Below, piece after piece: positions 29,744 through 37,567 of a stretch of DNA of 64,000 bases. The notes under the pieces are model-generated. The model worked only from the letters and a program-made list of their open reading frames with translations, did not search any database and was not told the origin of the DNA. Both the position numbers and the translations under genes were made by a program. The stretch's first letter is position 1; each line of letters starts with the position of its first letter. Source of the DNA: Vicinamibacteria bacterium (lineage in GTDB: Bacteria > Acidobacteriota > Vicinamibacteria > Marinacidobacterales > Marinacidobacteraceae); assembly GCA_964291235.2 (NCBI GenBank), contig OZ219816.1:1280001-1344000 (forward strand), given 5' to 3'.

Positions 29744-30029
29744 GCCTGCGCGCTCTTGACTTCGAGCGTTATCGGAACTTGAGTCCGGACTTGGCGTGCC
29801 CGGGCAGCGCGAATTCGGCCGCCAGTGGGCCTGGGCAGCTCCTCGAGAAGCCCGGACCCACGGCAGTGCCGGCGAGATCCGGCCGAATTCGGATGATTTG
29901 ACATAACTCGGGCATAGGAGAGACGCGCTCCTCAGCCTCCGGAGCGCACTGGAGCCCGTTCGAAGGTGATTCGGAGGCTCCTGGGACGCCGGAATCCGGC
30001 CGGACCGGCGGGCAGGTCGTATTTGGCCA

Positions 30030-31034
30030 TCAGACGGAGATCCGCTCGACGATGTTGCGGCTGACGGAGCGGCTGCGCCGGTCGTAGAGCTGGGTGGTGG
30101 AGGGGTCCGAATGGCCGGCGAGGTACTGGACGTCCTCCATGGGGACGCCCTGGTTGAGAAGGTCGGTGATGACCATGGCCCGGAAGCTGTGCACGGTGAT
30201 GAAGCTCGGGAGGCCGGCAGCCCGGAGGCGGCGCTTGAGGATGGCGCGCAGGGTCCAGGGTTCGATGCCGGCGTCACTGAATCCCGTGGGCGAGCCCGGG
30301 GAGATGACGCGGAAGAAAGGTGTGTCCTGCGGCTGGTCGCGAATCCGGGCTGCGGCCAGGTAGGCGGCAAGCCAGGCGTCGAGGTCGATGCGGACGGGGA
30401 TTTCGCGCTGCTTGCCGCGCTTTTCGCGCATGCACAGCGTTCGGTGGTCGCCGTAGTTCCGGAGGTCCTGGAGGCGCAGCGCGGCGACGGCGCCGGCCCG
30501 GGCGCCGGTGTAGATGAGGGTGCCGAGGATGGCGCGATCGCGCACGCCGGCCCTCGAGGAAGGGTCTATGGAGGCGAGGAGGCCACGGGTCTGCGTGACG
30601 GTGATCTCCGGCGTCTTGCCTTCGCGTGACTCGGAACGGGGAGGCCGGACGGACTGGAAGGGATTGATGACGACGGCGTGGCGGGTGACGAGGAGGTCGA
30701 AGAAGTGTCGGAGCGCGGAGAGGGCGAGTTTCTGGGTGGGGATGGAGCCGCCGTAGGCGTCGAGGAAGCGGGCGGCCTGTCCCGGCGTGGCGTTGACGAG
30801 GGCGATCTCCTGGGCGGCCAGCCAGTGGAGGAAGCGCCGGACGGGGACCGCGTACGCCTTGCGGGTGTGGGGGTTGCGTAGGCGGGCGCTGAAGAATTCG
30901 TCGGCGGCGAAGGTCGCCGCTGGGCCGGCTGCCTGGAGGACCTCCAGGTGGGCGGTCGTTGGCGCCGGTGCGAGGGCCGTGTTTTGGAGGGCCTCGGAGG
31001 AGGTGTGCGCTAGAGAGTTCCCGCGGGCGGTCAT
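30030..31034 (-). CDS. Tyrosine recombinase/integrase (Xer/ResD-like)
   Basis: RDRAIL..L.YTGAR, K, HSFR, LAGH...TT.LY catalytic set. Start at ATG 31034, coupled to the upstream stop. Confidence 0.92.
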   Translation of the reverse strand: MTARGNSLAHTSSEALQNTALAPAPTTAHLEVLQAAGPAATFAADEFFSARLRNPHTRKAYAVPVRRFLHWLAAQEIALVNATPGQAARFLDAYGGSIPTQKLALSALRHFFDLLVTRHAVVINPFQSVRPPRSESREGKTPEITVTQTRGLLASIDPSSRAGVRDRAILGTLIYTGARAGAVAALRLQDLRNYGDHRTLCMREKRGKQREIPVRIDLDAWLAAYLAAARIRDQPQDTPFFRVISPGSPTGFSDAGIEPWTLRAILKRRLRAAGLPSFITVHSFRAMVITDLLNQGVPMEDVQYLAGHSDPSTTQLYDRRSRSVSRNIVERISV

Positions 31035-31333
31035 CCGGTGAGGCGCAGGGCCGCAAACAGTAGCCCGGCGATTGCCAGGGCGATGGTGATTCCCCACTTC
31101 AGGAGGCGTATTTCAAGATCGGCAATAGCGGCCTGAGCGGCTGTGTCGCTCCGGTCGATCCGGGCCACTAGATCGGTTCTCAGGTCGGCCAGGTCGGCCT
31201 TCGTGGCGAGGTTGGCGCGTTGCGCGTCGTCGGCGCGGCTGATCGTCGCGACGATCACTTCTGCCTGTTCGGCGGGCAGCCCAGCGGCGGTGAGGTCGCG
31301 GATGGCGGCGTGGGTGTCAATGGTGTAGGCCAT
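31031..31333 (-). CDS. Small coiled-coil/TM protein (DUF1640/CCDC90-like)
   Basis: MAYTIDTHAAIRDLTAAG..NLATKADL..LEIRLLKWG. Paralog of 29504..29743. Confidence 0.7.
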   Translation of the reverse strand: MAYTIDTHAAIRDLTAAGLPAEQAEVIVATISRADDAQRANLATKADLADLRTDLVARIDRSDTAAQAAIADLEIRLLKWGITIALAIAGLLFAALRLTG

Positions 31334-31364
31334 CAGGAGTTCCTCGGGAAGAGCCCATTATAGA

Positions 31365-31392
31365 GGGTGCGATAATCCTTTTTATCCGAACC
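31365..31392. promoter_or_regulatory. 11-6-11 tyrosine-recombinase core-type site
   Basis: GGGTGCGATAA-TCCTTT-TTATCCGAACC, imperfect inverted arms, upstream of the recombinase operon. Confidence 0.55.
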
Positions 31393-31414
31393 CAATGGGG
31401 CGTACCATCGAGGG

Positions 31415-31807
31415 ATGAGCGGGTCGCGCGCCTCGGTGTTGGAGGGGTGGATGTGCGGATGCGCGGTGCGGGGGTGGGATACACCAGCGCCGGGCGACCG
31501 CGGGCTCCGGTGCGCGACGTGCGGCGAGTGGATTCCCTGGGAGTTGTTCGAGGAGGACGGCGGCACAACGTTCAACAGGATCGCTGGCGTGCAACGGCAG
31601 CATGACCCAGCGGGCTTCCGATCGTTCGCGGTCGGAATGGTCCTCGCGTTGGGCGAGTGGAGAAGGGCCGAGGCCGAAGGGCGGTTGCCGGCGCGACGGC
31701 AGCCGAGTCCGGAGGAATGGCGACAGGCAGAGTCTCTCGTGGATGAGGTCTTTGGCCCCGGAATTCCACGCCCGGATGGTCGGCTGAGCGAATCGGGGCC
31801 GTCGTGA
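31415..31807 (+). CDS. Hypothetical protein (Cys-rich N-terminus)
   Basis: ORF with GAGGG RBS and CGC..CATC motif. Confidence 0.45.
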   Translation: MSGSRASVLEGWMCGCAVRGWDTPAPGDRGLRCATCGEWIPWELFEEDGGTTFNRIAGVQRQHDPAGFRSFAVGMVLALGEWRRAEAEGRLPARRQPSPEEWRQAESLVDEVFGPGIPRPDGRLSESGPS

Positions 31808-31885
31808 GGATCGTTCCCTCCGGGGACGCCCCGGTGAGCGCTGCCGTGGGTCTGTGGTGAAATATGTCGCGTTGGAGGAGCGACC

Positions 31886-32128
31886 ATGACCTCAGCAATC
31901 AACCATTTCCTGGCTACGTCCATCGGATGGCTCAACGCACTTGCGGCTGTGCTGCTCGTCGTGGTGTTCACCGGTGGCGCGTTTTTCGCGCTCGGTGGCA
32001 TAGGGATCATCGTGGGCCCGCTGGTAGGGGCTGCGGTTGCAGTGATCCTGTGCGGCGCGCTGGCGGTGCTCATCAATATCCGCGACCTGCTGGCGGCATC
32101 GGCGGACAAGTCGGAATCGGAGTCGTAA
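31886..32128 (+). CDS. Small two-TM membrane protein
   Basis: GGAGGAG RBS and two hydrophobic segments. Confidence 0.65.
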   Translation: MTSAINHFLATSIGWLNALAAVLLVVVFTGGAFFALGGIGIIVGPLVGAAVAVILCGALAVLINIRDLLAASADKSESES

Positions 32129-32230
32129 TCGTGGCCTGAGAAGGCCACCGGGGCACATTGTCAGCGGGCGGCGCCGCTGGTGGCGAGAACGCGGGCTGGG
32201 AACGGATTCGTCAGGGGCGCCGACGCCGCT

Positions 32231-32866
32231 TTATCCGAACCCCTCGGGCTCGCGGTCATGGTTATCCGAGGATCTGGGTGGCGCCGCGAACATGTGGAGC
32301 CAGTCGATCACCTGCGGTCGGCGGATCCCGGAGAAGTGGATCGCGCGGGCCAGTTCGAAGACGGACAGCCGTTCGCGAGACAGGAGTCTCGTGAGATCCC
32401 AAGACCGGATACAGCCGAGGACGTGGTAGAGGATGGAGCATTCGCGTTCCGTGGGGGTGGCCGATCGGAAGATGCGGGCGAGTTCGGAACCGCTGGGCCG
32501 GTTGGGGTATCCGGCTAGGTGGTCCGCGATGAGAGCGTCGAGCACGGGATGATCTTGGGGCGCCCCCCCTGGTGGCGGCGTGCGGGCTTCCGGATGCGTG
32601 AACCAGGACAGAGGCAGAGGGATCCGTGCGGCTCGGTATTCGGGAGGGCAGTCGAGGTTTGAGGTTCGTAGCGGTTTGTCTGGCCCGCCGATCAAGGAGC
32701 CGTGCTCGCCGAGCCCTGCGGCTCCTGGATCGCCGCCCCCCGCCAACCACGCCGCCACGACGCGACGTTCGTGGCGGGCGATGTGCTCCTCCCGGGTGAG
32801 AAGGCGGCCCGGATCGGCTGGTGGCGGGTTGAAATAGGCATGGCGGAGCCTTGCGATGTCGAGCAC
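32231..32866 (-). CDS. Hypothetical protein, possible partner/antitoxin of the AbiEii toxin
   Basis: Starts 2 bp after the toxin stop. No recognised motif. Confidence 0.55.
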   Translation of the reverse strand: MLDIARLRHAYFNPPPADPGRLLTREEHIARHERRVVAAWLAGGGDPGAAGLGEHGSLIGGPDKPLRTSNLDCPPEYRAARIPLPLSWFTHPEARTPPPGGAPQDHPVLDALIADHLAGYPNRPSGSELARIFRSATPTERECSILYHVLGCIRSWDLTRLLSRERLSVFELARAIHFSGIRRPQVIDWLHMFAAPPRSSDNHDREPEGFG

Positions 32867-32868
32867 GG

Positions 32869-33561
32869 TCAGCGCTGCCAGTGGTAGGTTCGGCTGGGCT
32901 GCAAGATGGAGCGAACCATGGAGACGGCGTATGCCGCCGCGCCAGGGCGGGCGGGCGCAAGAAGTCGCTGTGGATGGGTTGTCATGAAGTCGCGAGGCAG
33001 GGACCGCAGTTCGGCGCGGATATCCGCCAACTGATCGGGGGAGAACGGTTGGAGGGCGCGCGGGAGCGCTTCTGGCTCGTAATGTTGGGCGACAGCAATG
33101 TCATAGAGGTCGCGCGGGACGAAGGTGTTGTTCCCAAGAATGCGGCCGCCAATCTTGCGCGCGAGGATCTCGGCGCTGGTTTCGAGAGAGATCTGGGTTC
33201 CGCGAACGGTGTCGTCGGAGCGTGGGTTGCCGGTGAAGCCGGGGGTGGTGGAGACGCTGATCTCCCCGCCGTCGGCCAAGATGATCCGAGCGAAGGCAGG
33301 GCCGGTGGTGAGTTCCCGTAGCCCGCCGGTGGCACGGTTGAGGTCACGGCTGAAGGGATCAACGTTGGCGTACAGGAGCGCATAAGGTTCGGATTTGATG
33401 AAGTAGTCGATATCTGTGCTGTGGCGATGGTGCCAGCGGGCGGCGAGCGCGGTGCCGCCGCCGAGGCAGAGATGGTGTTCGCCGCCGAGGTGTTGGCCGA
33501 GAGGCGGCCGGGTAAGTTCCAGGAGTTCGGCGGGGCCGGCCGGAAGCTTGAGGGCGGCCAT
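32869..33561 (-). CDS. Nucleotidyltransferase AbiEii/AbiGii-family toxin
   Basis: LGGGTALAARWHHRHSTDIDYF, EILARK and RDLYD motifs. Confidence 0.82.
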   Translation of the reverse strand: MAALKLPAGPAELLELTRPPLGQHLGGEHHLCLGGGTALAARWHHRHSTDIDYFIKSEPYALLYANVDPFSRDLNRATGGLRELTTGPAFARIILADGGEISVSTTPGFTGNPRSDDTVRGTQISLETSAEILARKIGGRILGNNTFVPRDLYDIAVAQHYEPEALPRALQPFSPDQLADIRAELRSLPRDFMTTHPQRLLAPARPGAAAYAVSMVRSILQPSRTYHWQR

Positions 33562-33565
33562 GGCA

Positions 33566-33829
33566 TCAACGAGCCGCGAGGACTCCGATCTGGACGCCGA
33601 TCCCGATCCCGATGGCCAGCCCGAAGACGAACCGGAAGATCCAGCGGCGGTAGACGGTGCGCCGGTGGCGGCGGAGTTCTGAGCGGAGCTCAGCTGTGGC
33701 TTCGACGATCTCGCGCAGCACCCCGCGGAGGTCCTGGCTGTTCTCGAGGAGGAGCTGGCGCAGGTGGACGTCGCCAGGGCGGGCGGTCTCCGCGAGACTG
33801 TCCGGGAGGGAGAGATCGGAGGGGCTCAT
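33566..33829 (-). CDS. Small coiled-coil membrane-anchored hypothetical protein
   Basis: ATG at 33829 overlaps the upstream stop (ATGA). C-terminal TM helix. Confidence 0.55.
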   Translation of the reverse strand: MSPSDLSLPDSLAETARPGDVHLRQLLLENSQDLRGVLREIVEATAELRSELRRHRRTVYRRWIFRFVFGLAIGIGIGVQIGVLAAR

Positions 33830-34182
33830 GGGTTCGGGCCCGGGGCGTCGGGCGCGGCCCAGCGCGAACGGCCGTGCTGGTATTTCTGGAGGGTCCCGAT
33901 GGCCTCGCGCAAGGCCTCCGGCGGGAGCGCGGCAAGGGCATGGAGGCCGGCGCGGACGAGTTCGCTCTTGCTGGCCTGGGTGGAGGCGGCGAGACAGCGC
34001 GCCTGGAGGTCGGCGAGCAGCGCGTGGTCGCTGCGGGGGAAGGAGAAGGTGGCGCGGACCGCGGTTTGCGCGGGTGGCGGAGCGGCGGCAACCCGGTCCG
34101 CGGTGTCGAAGCGCTGCTCGACGGCGGCGCTCTCGGCCGCGAGGCTGCGGCCGAGGTTGCCGAGGGGATCTTCGGAGGTCAT
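33826..34182 (-). CDS. Ribbon-helix-helix partition partner (ParG-like)
   Basis: Coupled to parA. VRATFSF beta strand followed by SKSELVRAGL helix. Confidence 0.6.
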   Translation of the reverse strand: MTSEDPLGNLGRSLAAESAAVEQRFDTADRVAAAPPPAQTAVRATFSFPRSDHALLADLQARCLAASTQASKSELVRAGLHALAALPPEALREAIGTLQKYQHGRSRWAAPDAPGPNP

Positions 34183-34865
34183 GGTGACGAGTCCTCCTCG
34201 AGGACGTTGAGGATTTCATGGGTGAGGCCGAAGATTTCGGCCTGGGCGAGCTGGGCCCGGGGCACGCCGGCGATGGTGAGGCCGCCCGCGGCGGCATGCC
34301 GGAAGGCTTCGCGGTCCCCGACCTGGGTGTTGAGGACGGGGATCCCGTATTCGGGCAGGAGGTCGCGGGTCTTGGCGGCGAGCCGCGTGCCCGCCTTGCG
34401 CTGGTTGACGACGATCCGGGCCTTGAGGCCGGGGCGCACCTGCACGACGCCGGCGATCACCTGGCGGATGGCGAGGCCGGCCCAGAGGTCGGGAGGCGAC
34501 GGGATGACCGGGACGATGGCGATGTCGGCCACCAGGAGCGCGCTGCGCGAGATGGGCGACTCGGCCGAGGGAGGGCAGTCGACGACGATGAAGTCATGGT
34601 CCTGGAGTTGCGCCCGCAGTTCACCGCGGAGGCGGTCGGCGGCACCGCTGGTGGCGAGAACGCGGGCCGGGAACGGTTTGGACGCCGGCGCCGACTCGGC
34701 CCAGCGGGTCGCCGTTCGCTGGGGATCGGCGTCGGCGACCAGGACGGAGTGGCCGCGGCGGGCGAGTTCGCCCGCCAGGCACATCGTCAGAGTCGTCTTG
34801 CCAGGCCCCCCTTTCTGGTTCACGATGGCGATGATGCGCGCGGCCTGGCTCGGGAGAGTATGCAC
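34179..34865 (-). CDS. parA: ParA/ParF-type partition ATPase (element-encoded)
   Basis: NQKGGPGKTT, DADPQ and VDCPP. Start probably GTG 34865; the upstream ORF extension is repeat DNA. Confidence 0.9.
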   Translation of the reverse strand: MHTLPSQAARIIAIVNQKGGPGKTTLTMCLAGELARRGHSVLVADADPQRTATRWAESAPASKPFPARVLATSGAADRLRGELRAQLQDHDFIVVDCPPSAESPISRSALLVADIAIVPVIPSPPDLWAGLAIRQVIAGVVQVRPGLKARIVVNQRKAGTRLAAKTRDLLPEYGIPVLNTQVGDREAFRHAAAGGLTIAGVPRAQLAQAEIFGLTHEILNVLEEDSSP

Positions 34866-34912
34866 GGTAAATACCGGTATGAAAGCATACCGTATGCAAC
34901 ATACGGTATGCA
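34858..34912. repeat. 55-bp inverted repeat, left copy (CATACCG/CGGTATG-rich)
   Basis: Reverse complement of 35949-36003 with 1 mismatch. Confidence 0.9.
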
Positions 34913-34949
34913 AGGAGTCGTCGGCCGATGTAGGCATAGAATTGACTAC

Positions 34950-35210
34950 ATGGAAGATGGCCTGAGCGCGTCAACCAGAGATCGCCAGGACATAGCCCGG
35001 GCGGAGGGGATCATGGAGCGTCTCCGTCGGGATCTCGATGACTGGTATCGAGCCAGTCAGGGGCGTGTGGGATGGCGTGAGCAGCCGTTGGACGTGGAGG
35101 GGCTGCACCGTCAGGCGCGGGAACTCGCGAACGTCCTGGGACGGGTGCGTCGCCGTCATGCCAAGCGCCGGGAGGCGCGCGAGCGTCGCGGTAGCGTGCT
35201 GGAGGGTTAG
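34950..35210 (+). CDS. Small helical hypothetical protein
   Basis: ATG 34950 (MEDGLS...), ending 2 bp before the AIM24 gene. Confidence 0.5.
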   Translation: MEDGLSASTRDRQDIARAEGIMERLRRDLDDWYRASQGRVGWREQPLDVEGLHRQARELANVLGRVRRRHAKRREARERRGSVLEG

Positions 35211-35212
35211 CG

Positions 35213-35869
35213 GTGAAGGAATGGACGACCGGCGCAACAGGGATCCGGTACCGCGTCGGAGGCGGCGGCGCACAAGTGGCAATCCCGGAGGGGCAGGCGA
35301 TGGTGGCCGAGGCGGACCGCCTGCTGTATCGTGGGGACGGCGTGACCTGGTCGATGGCCGGATCGGGTGGCGGTTGGGTGCGAGGATGGGTGAACCGGAT
35401 CCAGCGACGGGCCGCCGGCCTGGCGGGCCGGATGAATCTCTACGAGGGACCCGGTGAGGTGGCGTTCGCCGCGGGCGGCGGGGCGGAGGTTCAGGCCGTG
35501 GACCTGGTGAGGGGAGACAGCCTTGTGGTGGCCGCGCCGGCTTTGCTGGCGACGTCGGCCGGCGTTCACGTGGACGTGGCGCTGGTGGAGAAGGTCCGGG
35601 ACGAGGGAGAGCGGCGAACCGTGGTGATGTATAGGGTGACGGGTGAGGGGTTGGTGCTGCTCGCCGCGTTCGGACGTGCGGTGCGGATGGAGCTGGCGCA
35701 AGAGGAGGCGATCGAGGCGGCGGTATGGGGAGTCGCCTGGTATGGCGCGACGGGGGGCTACGAGTTGCGCGTGCTGGGTGGCCGCGGTGGCGGCCACGTG
35801 GCGCGGATCACGGGACCGGCGCGGCTGGTTCTGCAGACGGGGCGGCCGCCGGAGCGTTCGAATGGTTAG
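35213..35869 (+). CDS. AIM24 family protein
   Basis: G..MVAE...LY, GPGEVAFA, VTGEG.V...A.G and TGP..L.LQT. Confidence 0.65.
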   Translation: MKEWTTGATGIRYRVGGGGAQVAIPEGQAMVAEADRLLYRGDGVTWSMAGSGGGWVRGWVNRIQRRAAGLAGRMNLYEGPGEVAFAAGGGAEVQAVDLVRGDSLVVAAPALLATSAGVHVDVALVEKVRDEGERRTVVMYRVTGEGLVLLAAFGRAVRMELAQEEAIEAAVWGVAWYGATGGYELRVLGGRGGGHVARITGPARLVLQTGRPPERSNG

Positions 35870-35948
35870 CGGAGGGGATGGCCGGCAGACCACAGGAGAC
35901 GAGGACAGCCTAGGGTGAGCGGTTCTCCGGTGTTGGCGTCTTCGATCG

Positions 35949-36003
35949 TGCATACCGTATGTTGCATACGGTATGCTTTCATACCGGTATTTACGGTGCA
36001 TAC
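35949..36003. repeat. 55-bp inverted repeat, right copy
   Basis: Inverse of 34858-34912. Confidence 0.9.
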
Positions 36004-36041
36004 CGCTTTGGCGGCGGGCGAAGCGCCGGCGGCCGAGACGG

Positions 36042-36590
36042 TCAGGCGTGGGCCAGCGCCAGGCCGACTCCGGCAGCGAGGAGCCAGGCCGAGGCGGCGG
36101 CAGCGATTCCGAGCCGCAGGCGGCGCCGGGAAGGCGGCCGGCCCCGGAGGGTGGCGGCGCTGATCGCTGCCGCGGCGATGGGGAGCAGGGCCGGGAAGAC
36201 GAGGCCAAGCGTGAGGCCTGCGAAGAGGGCGGCCAGGGCCATGGAGACGAGGACCGCGCACGGCGACGCGAGCGGCCCGCCCGGGCAGGGCAGCACGGAG
36301 AACTCCCAACCGGCGGCGATCAGGAGCGCGGCGCCGGCGAACGCCGCCGCGGCCGTGCCGGCGGCATAGACCGCCAGGAAGTGTGCGAAGGGCTCGGCGG
36401 TGCGAGCCTCACCGTGGTACCAGACGCGCGCACCCAGGAGCGCGGCGAACAGCCACGGCCAGGCGGCGGCGCTCGTAAGCATGGTTGCGAGGCGGGAGCC
36501 GGGGTTGCTCCAGGCTGCGACCAGCGCGGCCCAGGCGACCAGGACGCAGGCGACCGAGACCGCGAGCAGGTAGACGGCGGGGCGGGTCAA
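36042..36590 (-). CDS. Multi-pass membrane hypothetical protein
   Basis: About five hydrophobic segments. Probable TTG start overlapping the virB11 stop. Confidence 0.55.
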   Translation of the reverse strand: MTRPAVYLLAVSVACVLVAWAALVAAWSNPGSRLATMLTSAAAWPWLFAALLGARVWYHGEARTAEPFAHFLAVYAAGTAAAAFAGAALLIAAGWEFSVLPCPGGPLASPCAVLVSMALAALFAGLTLGLVFPALLPIAAAAISAATLRGRPPSRRRLRLGIAAAASAWLLAAGVGLALAHA

Positions 36591-37567
36591 GGTCCGGACG
36601 GCGCGCCCGCTGCGGCGTCCTCGATGATCCAGCTGTTGTCCTCGACCTGCCACCCGCGGACGTAGATCCCGTTCTCGACGACGCGGCGGCCGCGGATGCG
36701 GGCGGTGTGGAGGACGAGGGCGATGCCGTCCACGACGCTGCGGCAGACGACTTCCCAGGGAAGGGCGTCCCGGGCCGCCATGGCGCAGCTCGCGAGCCGG
36801 GAGAGGGCGGAGACGGCCGTGTTGGCGTGGATGGTGGTGAGGCTGCCGCCGTGGCCGGTGTTCAGGGCCTGCAGGAGGTCGGCGGCCTCGGCGCCGCGGA
36901 TCTCGCCGACCACGATGTGGTCGGGCCGATGCCGGAGCGAGTGCTTCACGAGGCTCCGGACGGTGACGGGCCGGGTGTGCGTGTCCGTGGTGTCCGCCTC
37001 GCGGGCCTCGAAGCGCACGGTGTTCGGCTGCTCGATGCGCAGCTCCAGGGTGTCCTCGATCGAGACGATGCGCTCGTCCGGAGGAAGCAGCCCGATGAGG
37101 GCGTTGACGACCGTCGTCTTGCCGGTGCCGGTGCCGCCGGAAACGAGGATGTTCCGCCTGGCGGCGAGGGTGTTCCTGGCGGCCTCGAAGAGCGCAGGAG
37201 GCAGCGAACCGGCCGTGACGAGGTCCTCCGCGGTGAAGGCGCGCTTGCCGAAGCGGCGGATGGTGATGGCGACGTGGGGCGACGCCGGCGGGACGCAGAT
37301 GGCGACGCGGGAGCCGTCCTCGAGACGCGCATCGATGGTCGGCGAAACCGTGGGATCCAGGCCGAGCGGGCGGGCGATGTGGATGGCCGCCCGCTCGAGA
37401 GTGTCCCTGTCGAGCTTCGGGGCGTCGGCGGGGCGGAGCCCCTGCCCTGCCCGCTCGACCCAGACGTTGTGCGGGCCGTTGATCATGAGCTCCGAGACGG
37501 CCATGTCGGCGAAGATGTCCTCCAGGCCGGGGAGGAACGGGCTGAGCCGGTCGATCCCGGTGCTCAT
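36587..37567 (-). CDS. virB11: T4SS ATPase VirB11/CpaF family
   Basis: DARLEDGSRV, SGGTGTGKTT, IEDTLEL, RPDHIVVGEIRG and NTGHGGSLTTIHA. Confidence 0.92.
   Translation of the reverse strand: MSTGIDRLSPFLPGLEDIFADMAVSELMINGPHNVWVERAGQGLRPADAPKLDRDTLERAAIHIARPLGLDPTVSPTIDARLEDGSRVAICVPPASPHVAITIRRFGKRAFTAEDLVTAGSLPPALFEAARNTLAARRNILVSGGTGTGKTTVVNALIGLLPPDERIVSIEDTLELRIEQPNTVRFEAREADTTDTHTRPVTVRSLVKHSLRHRPDHIVVGEIRGAEAADLLQALNTGHGGSLTTIHANTAVSALSRLASCAMAARDALPWEVVCRSVVDGIALVLHTARIRGRRVVENGIYVRGWQVEDNSWIIEDAAAGAPSGP

Noticed and set aside
34866-34937. N-terminal extension of ParA (MPTSADDSLHTVCCIRYAF...)
   Set aside because: It is a translation of the 55-bp repeat; the same peptide appears in spurious ORF 35915..36163.
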